A stretch of DNA of 64,000 bases from Eledone cirrhosa (Eukaryota), in assembly GCA_964016885.1 (NCBI GenBank), contig OZ024744.1, positions 78,926,001 through 78,990,000 on the forward strand, read 5' to 3'. Below the pieces are notes generated by a model. The model was given only the letters and a program-made list of their open reading frames with translations, was not told where the DNA came from and made no database searches. Positions 56,991 through 64,000 of the stretch are shown piece by piece (positions within the stretch are counted from its first letter, which is position 1; every line of letters begins with the position of its first letter). Made by a program: the position numbers and the translations under genes.

Positions 56991-57663
56991 CGTCAAAATA
57001 ACATTAAAAACAAAATGAAACAACCAACAAAACTGATGAAGTTAATATCCTTATCAGTTGCTACAAAATCAATACAGAAATTGTGATCTTTATTTGTAGG
57101 AGCTATTTTTAATGTTTTAATCCAGCTACACATGTGGTCTTGTTAATCTAATTAGTGTTGTGCAAATATTGCACAAAACATGCATAGAGGGTGGGTGGAG
57201 AATTTGTAATTGAGACTTGTTGTTGTTGTCGTTTAGCCCAAGTCAACAGATGTCTATGTAGTCGATGAAACAACTATATGTGATATATAGATCCATTGTT
57301 CCAGATACACCACTGATACACCATATTGCAGTACAGTCTGGACTGCAGTAGTTCATTATGTGGGGTGGGGAAGCAGTTGTTTGTTGTTACAGCTTAGGTG
57401 GCTTCTTATGGGGTTGCATCGGACAGGAGGTTTCTTTGTTGTGCGTGTGTATGTGTGTTTTATGATAAGAGGCCCAGTCTTTTCATGAATGTGGCTGTCG
57501 AAACAGTTTTTTTGTTTTGTTTTGTTTTTTTTTTGTTTTGTTTTTTTTTGTTTTTTTTTTTGTTTTTTTTTACAACTGTAGCTTCTGGTGGCTACAATAG
57601 AGATGGATGAGATGTTCTTCTACATTCCTCATTGATGGCTGGCATTACAGAACAGCATTTGAG

Positions 57664-57897
57664 TTAACCCTTTAGCATTTACATTACTCTACAGATTCTA
57701 TTGTATTTACTATTATATTTTCATGGTAAAGGTTTTATCTTATATAATTATCTCACAGTATTAAATCTATGAGATTTTGATTTATATTGAGAACAATACC
57801 TTAACATCAGTATTAGTGGCTGGTTACAGCCGGTTTGAACAGAAAGAGGTGAGAGAATTCTGGCTGGATACATCCGGTTTAAATGTTAAAGGGTTAA
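57664..57897. mobile_element. piggyBac-type MITE, family A
   Basis: TTAA-CCCTTTAGCATTT...AAATGTTAAAGGG-TTAA. Confidence 0.85.
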
Positions 57898-58656
57898 GGA
57901 GTTTATTGGCACTGCAACTATTTTTGTGTGTTTTTCTAGACTAGGTGGGACAAGATAGTGTATGTTTGTACTAAGTGTGACAGGCAGTATGTTTAGGATA
58001 GTATTGTGCTATATTCTGGGGTGATTGGGTTGATGATATATACAGTGACAGGTTCTGTGAGAGCTAGAGTTTACTCTGGCAACAAATTGTACTCCATATG
58101 ATCCTGGTGGGCTTTCTTTCATTCCAAATATTTTTACTTCATTTTGTTGGTGGTTTAAGTGCAACCTGTAATAGCATGTAGTGTTATGTTTAGAGCGCTC
58201 TCTTAATTTATTAGTGCAATTTAGTTAGGACAGGTATTAACCTGTGTTTCATAGACTGTGTTGTTTCTAGTATTCTGGTTAGCTGGTGGAGTGAACAAGT
58301 CAATGATAGGTCAATTTTTTCTATACAAAAGACATTTATTTAGGTTACACATTTAAAATATAATTCAAACTTTGCATGAGTCAACAAGTACTACAGATTA
58401 GACAAAAATCTAATCAATAGTTCCATTTTTTTTTTTTAAACATGTATGTATGCACACACAGTCGCATTCTTTTTTCTGGTTTCAGTCATTAGACTGCAAT
58501 CATGCTGGGACATCACCTTGATTTAGTTGATCATATTGGCACCAGTACTTTTCTTTTAAGTCCTTATTTTATCAGTTTCATTGTGGTTTCATGTGGTTGT
58601 TAAGGGTTAACAAAATATTTTGTCACAACTTTGCAATCTCAGCCAAACTAAATGTT

Positions 58657-58858
58657 TTAATCCTTTAGCATCCACATTACTCTATAGATACTATTATATT
58701 TTCACATATCTTACATAATTATCTCACATGATATGGAATCTATGAGATTTTGATGAATACCTTAACATCAGTATGAGCAGCCAGTTTTAGCCAGTTGGAA
58801 CAGAAAGAGGTGAGAGAATTCTAGTCGTATACGACTGGTTTAAATGCTAAAGAGTTAA
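58657..58858. mobile_element. piggyBac-type MITE, family A
   Basis: TTAA-TCCTTTAGCAT...AATGCTAAAGAG-TTAA. Confidence 0.78.
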
Positions 58859-59091
58859 GAGTTTAAAAAACATTTTGTCACAACTTTGCCATCTCAGTCC
58901 AACTAAATGATGTTTTAATGACAAAAACAAAACAATTTTCCAACACCCCTCTCTGTTTATTTTGCTACTGTTGTTAACTACTATGAACTATTATTTTTAG
59001 TACTTGGTGGCTTCTTCGTTCTACATCTACTTATATTTACCTGCTGTGTCTTGGCTACACTATATTTATTGCGATTACTACTATCTGTCTG

Positions 59092-59093
<2 letters not shown>

Positions 59094-59179
<86 letters not shown>

Positions 59180-59196
59180 TTCTCTCTCTCTCTCTC
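59094..59196. repeat. (CT)n microsatellite
   Basis: Direct inspection. Confidence 0.98.
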
Positions 59197-59449
59197 ATAT
59201 GCACACACTGTCCTCCATACTAAACATTAATCACATTTGTCAGTCTGAAGCTGTAGTAGAAAAGACTTAATCAGTGTGCCACACACTGGGATTGATACCA
59301 AGACCACATAGTTGCGAAGCAAATTTTTTACTTACACTGAATTATAATTTTAAAGTCACTAATAATTTCATAATATTAAACTTTTATTAACTGCAGTTAA
59401 ATATGAATAAAATGTTCATATGAGAAACACAGGTGAATCTATTTATCTG

Positions 59450-60044
59450 TTACCGACCTGTGGGGCTATGTAGAACGGCTATTGTCGCGGGTGGGACCAA
59501 TCTGGTTGACCACGGAGTTCATTGTCATGATCAAACCGCCACCCTCCTTCAAAAACGAAGGAGAGGCGGTTTTCCTTTGTGTGATAGCTATGGCAAAAGA
59601 GGTTGTATGGTGGACAAGGTTGAAAGGGCTGAGGTCAGACACCTTTCTCTCCGGCCAACAACTGATTCTCTTTTTCAAATACCACTTTGGAAGAAGAATC
59701 AGGATGGAGAGAGAGGTGCTGTACCCCAGCAAGTTTTATGAAAGGTGGGTGAAAGTGGCGAGAATGGCCCGAGTGAATGGGCCTTCTCTCTATATCAGCC
59801 TGTAGGTTGAGGAAAAGGAGGAAGAGAGGAAGGGGGTACTCACTCTTCGTACTCCTGGAGATGAGAACTGCACATTTTTTCGTGGGGTATGTGTTACCCA
59901 TATGAAATGTCTCCCCCTATTGGGGGAAAATCGATTAATTTTTAAATTGTATTTGTGATAATATTTTATACGTTTTTATTGTATGTAAACTTCCCCTTTG
60001 TATTTGTCCCCTTCTTTTGTGCCCCTGTGGCTAATAAAGAAACA
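59450..60044 (+). mobile_element. L1/Tx1-clade LINE 3' fragment
   Basis: AKEVVWWTR...FKYHFGRRIRME...FYERW resembles a Tx1 ORF2 C-terminus; T-rich 3'UTR with AATAAA at ~60033. Confidence 0.7.
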
Positions 60045-60046
60045 TA

Positions 60047-60387
60047 TCTATATATATATTTCTGTGATTCTGTCACAATACAGAGAGAGGAGTAATTTGA
60101 CTACCTCATACTACTCCTCTCTCTTTATGCTTTCTGCCTGCGTAAATGTATGTCTGTGTAAAAGAAAAGAATAGGATGGTGAAAAAATGACACTGTATGC
60201 GTGTATGTGTGTGTTTGTGTTAATGCATGTGTGTGTGTTTGTGTGACTGTATGTGTGTGAGTGCGTATTTTTGTAACTGTGTATTTGTACATTTATATTT
60301 ATATACTCATACATATAAATGTATGCATATGCACATACACCCACACACACTCATATACACATGTGTCAGCATATGGAAAAATACTAG
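60047..60387 (+). mobile_element. non-autonomous Helitron
   Basis: A|TC start, CTAG|T end, decayed subterminal hairpin; homologous to 50888-51207. Confidence 0.75.
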
Positions 60388-61726
60388 TAAAAAAAGTGAA
60401 TAACAACAGTCAGCATATACAATGTATACAAAATCATTATCATCATCATTTAATGTTCATTTTCCCCTGACAACAAGGGTTGGATAGCTGTCACAAACCA
60501 GGTCAGCATTCAAATGGAACAACTGACCTCTTAGACTGGCCTGTGGGGGCTTGCAGCCTACTTACATATGGATACCCATGTCTTCCATACATATGTTCCT
60601 GCACTCTGCTGAGTCTATTTTATTGTGGAACTGTTGTAGGGAAAACCCCTGAGCACCCCCCCCCCCCCCCCCGCGTAACTAAAAGTGGACTAGGCGAAAT
60701 GTCTATAAATAATTGAAGTGAACTTTAAGTTAGATTGTGTATATATAGTCTCTCGGTAGTTAGAAATTACGCTTGGTGAATACTTTGGTTTTAGCCACGT
60801 TCGTACAGATATACTAAACAGGTATGTCGCACCACTATAACAGGAACCAACACTAATGAAGTTGTCACATCTTTGACACAGTTGAAAAGTCTTTCCGAGC
60901 CTTTGTTTGGCAGGTGGTCTACAGTTTAGTGCCCTTCCTTTCACCAACAACTTTACAGAGTGTACTGGGTCCATTTATTGTGTAGGTCACTAATTCTAGA
61001 GAGTTCTGTCATGTCTTTGACGCAACTGGAGAGTCCTTTTGACTCTTTTTTTTTTGGCATGGTTTCTACAACAGGATGCTTTTCCTATTACCAACCACCT
61101 TATGCATCCAGTACTCTTTTATATTTCATGGCACCAGCACTAAAGAGTTTGTCTGTCAGCTGGGTAAAATATCAGGTGATGATATGAAAAATAGCTAAAG
61201 CACCATGAAATTTGTGGTTTCATATCACTGTCAAAAATTGATGTTTTTGTTGTTGTTGTTGTTGTTTGTATTTGTATTGTTTAGTCAGGGAAGAAAAACC
61301 CATGTCCATGACCCTTTTAAGGCCTTCTAAAAATGGTGGCATGATGGAAGAAATGTGTTCACAGACAGAGACCTGGTATGAATGCTTTCAACTGAGAAGA
61401 CTGATAAAGGCACCCGTGGAACAGATGGATTAAGACAAAACAGAGAAGAAAATGACTCTACCAAAATAAAATAATTTTTTTTTTAAAAGTATTATTTTTA
61501 CTTGTTTCAGCAAATAGACAGCAGCCATGTTGGAGCAGTGTCATGATTTAGTCAATCATTTTTTACCCAGATGACACACAGTAGGACTGAACTCAGAAAC
61601 AACTAGTTTCAATGTGAACTCCTTAACCATTCTGCCATGCCTGTTGAAATATTTATTTATTTCAAAATTTTTTACAAAGTTATTTATTCTCTATTTTTTT
61701 TTCTTTTTCTTTTTTTTTCCTTTTAG

Positions 61727-61807
61727 GCTTCAAGAAGATCCTCCTGCCGGTGTGAGTGGTGCACCAACTGATAATAATATTATGCTATGGAATGCTGTGA
61801 TTTTCGG
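61727..61807 (+). CDS. UBE2A: ubiquitin-conjugating enzyme E2 A/B (Rad6 ortholog), internal 81-bp coding exon
   Basis: (R)[27 protein letters not shown]; long polypyrimidine tract plus tag| acceptor, |gttaga donor; phase 2/2 and 81 bp as in vertebrate exon 2. Confidence 0.95.
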
Positions 61808-61943
61808 GTTAGAAATTATTTTCCTTTTTTTATTTTTTTATTTTTTTATTTTTTTATTTTTTTATTCTTGAAAATGCAAAGGAATATTGCATAGAATAGT
61901 CATTCTTGCCATTTAAAGCACACACAATCTACTAACTTTACTT

Positions 61944-62310
61944 AATCATCATCATCATCAAACATCTATTTTCCTCTATGCTTGCATGGGATAGATGGGT
62001 TGTCATGTGAGACAAGACGGGCAGGTGATGTCGCCACACCTTGTTGATATGGTCGTTCTTTTGTTTTTTTTGGGGGGGGCCGGGTTTTCTACAGATAGAT
62101 GTCTTTCCTAATGCTAAATCACTTTACAGTATGTACTGAGACCGTTTTCCATGGTACTAGTACTACCACTGTACAGAGTGGATTGGGTGCTTTTTGTCAT
62201 AGTACCAATACTACCACTGTACAGAGTGGACTGGGTGCTTTCTGTCATAATACCAACACTACCACCTTATAGGGTGGGCTGGGTGCTTTTTGTTGTGGCA
62301 CCAGCACCTT
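61944..62310 (-). mobile_element. SINE/RTE 3' tail with four ~41-bp internal repeats
   Basis: (CAT)n, cttgcatggg, and repeats of taccactgtacagagtggactgggtgcttt. Confidence 0.75.
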
Positions 62311-62716
62311 GGGAGAGCAAGTAATGTTTATATGTGTACCCCCATGGCAAAAATGTTGACACTAGAAAATAAATGACATAAAAAGTTAACAGATTTTGTG
62401 TCTTTAAATGGCGAGAATGACTCTTCCATGTAGTAATTGTTTTAGTTTCAATACATGTTTTTTGATCGGCTCAAGCATATGGGAGGGAATAGTACTACAG
62501 GTCTTCTGTAGTACTGCATAGTGACAGAGGTATAGGATTAATTGAGACTATGTTATTGTGAATATAAAATAGGGACATCATATTTTAAATATTTCCTTGT
62601 AGATATTTTCAATCTGCAGAGAAATACATACATTTTGTAAGTTTACATCTATATATATATTCAGTGCATCATTGTATATGCACATTCATGCAGTCTTGGT
62701 TGAACCTATACTGTAT

Positions 62717-63100
62717 ATCATCATCATCATCACTGTTTAATGTCCATTCTTCTACGCTCACACAGATTGGACAAGTTGTTCTGCTGTGAGACAAGACAGA
62801 TCAGATGACTGTGTCTTGCTCATACTGAACTGTTTCCGTTGACTGGATGCCCTTCCTAATGCCAACCACACTTAGATTTTTTATTATTGCAGGTATTTGC
62901 ATTATAACATTTACAGGAAGACACAATAGAGGTAGACCACGAAAAACATGGGCAGAGGTGGTGAGAGCAGACCTCAGATTGCTGAAACTCACCAAGGAGA
63001 TGACAAAGGACCGTGACAAGTGGAGAGATGCTGTGCTGAATAGGACCCGTCCCACCCTTGCAAGCAGGAGAAAACGGACGTAAAATGATGATGATGATGA
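62717..63100. mobile_element. RTE 3' tail (minus, 62717-62870) and RTE ORF end (plus, ~62915-63100)
   Basis: RGRPRKTWAEVVRADLRLLKLTKEMTKDRDKWR; (ATG)n tails. Confidence 0.85.
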
Positions 63101-63139
63101 ACTGGATGCTTTAAATGACCTCAAACTTCAGACTCTTTA

Positions 63140-63560
63140 AGTGACTGGCCTGCTTGGACTTCCACATGACTGTTCTGTTCTGCTTGGGCCTCAATATGAT
63201 TAGGCCTCCACTTTACGTGGGCTTCCTTATGGCTGGTTTACTTGGAACTCAATATGACTGGGCTAATAGATTTTCACATGGGGAGTCTGCTTGGAACTCC
63301 ATAACACTGCTCTGCTTAGGCCTGTATGTCACTAGTCTTCTTGGGCTTCCATGTGATTGGTCTGTTAAGATTTCGACATGGCCAAACAATATGGATTTTC
63401 ATGTGACCTGCTGGATCTCCATGTTGCTAATTTGTTGTATTTCCACATGTCTGGCCTGATGGATTTTCACATGGCTGACTTGCATGAGTTCCTACATGGT
63501 TATCCTGCTGGATTACCACATGGCTGATCTGCTTAGAACTCTTGGCCATGGATCTCATGA
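63140..63560. repeat. diverged short-unit minisatellite (~25-28 bp)
   Basis: Recurring (c)tgcttgga(c)ttccacatg(a/g)ct core. Confidence 0.75.
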
Positions 63561-64000
63561 ATTCTGTTAATTGCTTTTTGAAGTGCATCCTGATTCTATG
63601 AAGAATTTAATTTCAAAACTCAGATAAATTATATTCCTTTTGATACTGCTCTAGGTCTACATGCCTGAAAAAAAGATTTCCAATCTGAGTTATATATTAA
63701 ATAATAGTTAATCAATTTTTTAAATACCTGTCCAGAAAAACTTTCAGCAAACATTTAATTTTGTATACCCACCAAGACTAGAATAATCAAAAACTGGGTG
63801 TAAACATTAGAAACTTTACTTTACCCTTTCATTACCATATTTGTAATGAATTATATTGCCTCTGTTTCAAATCATTTTTTTAAAATAATGAAGAACTTTT
63901 TCATTATTAAGCTGATATTTGGAACATAACAAACATTTTTTATATTAAAATACTTCATAATAATTTTATGTGAGTTTGAACACTTTTGTATCGTAAAACA

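Overview
Eukaryotic, very AT-rich, repeat-dominated DNA. The SINE/LINE and microsatellite content suggests a coleoid cephalopod such as Octopus; this is an inference. About a third of the window is kilobase-scale irregular (TA)n/(TATG)n arrays, and all the long 'MYIYIYVC' ORFs are artefacts of them. Between the arrays lie fragments of many retroelements: RTE LINEs (one family with a PHD finger inside the RT region, another ending in three C2H2 fingers), R4/Dong-like and CRE-like RLE-endonuclease LINEs, an L1/Tx1 3' end, Penelope-like elements, a probable LTR, and CORE- and Meta-domain tRNA SINEs. There are also piggyBac-type MITEs, two non-autonomous Helitrons and two minisatellites. The only confidently recognised host coding sequence is the 81-bp UBE2A/UBE2B (Rad6) exon at 61727-61807; its upstream exon was not found by eye. 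The most interesting observations are (1) two covarying minimal type-I hammerhead ribozymes, one with an intact core at 42121-42185, (2) retroelements that appear both to end in and to target TATG/TA arrays, and (3) several inverted TE pairs that could form long dsRNA.
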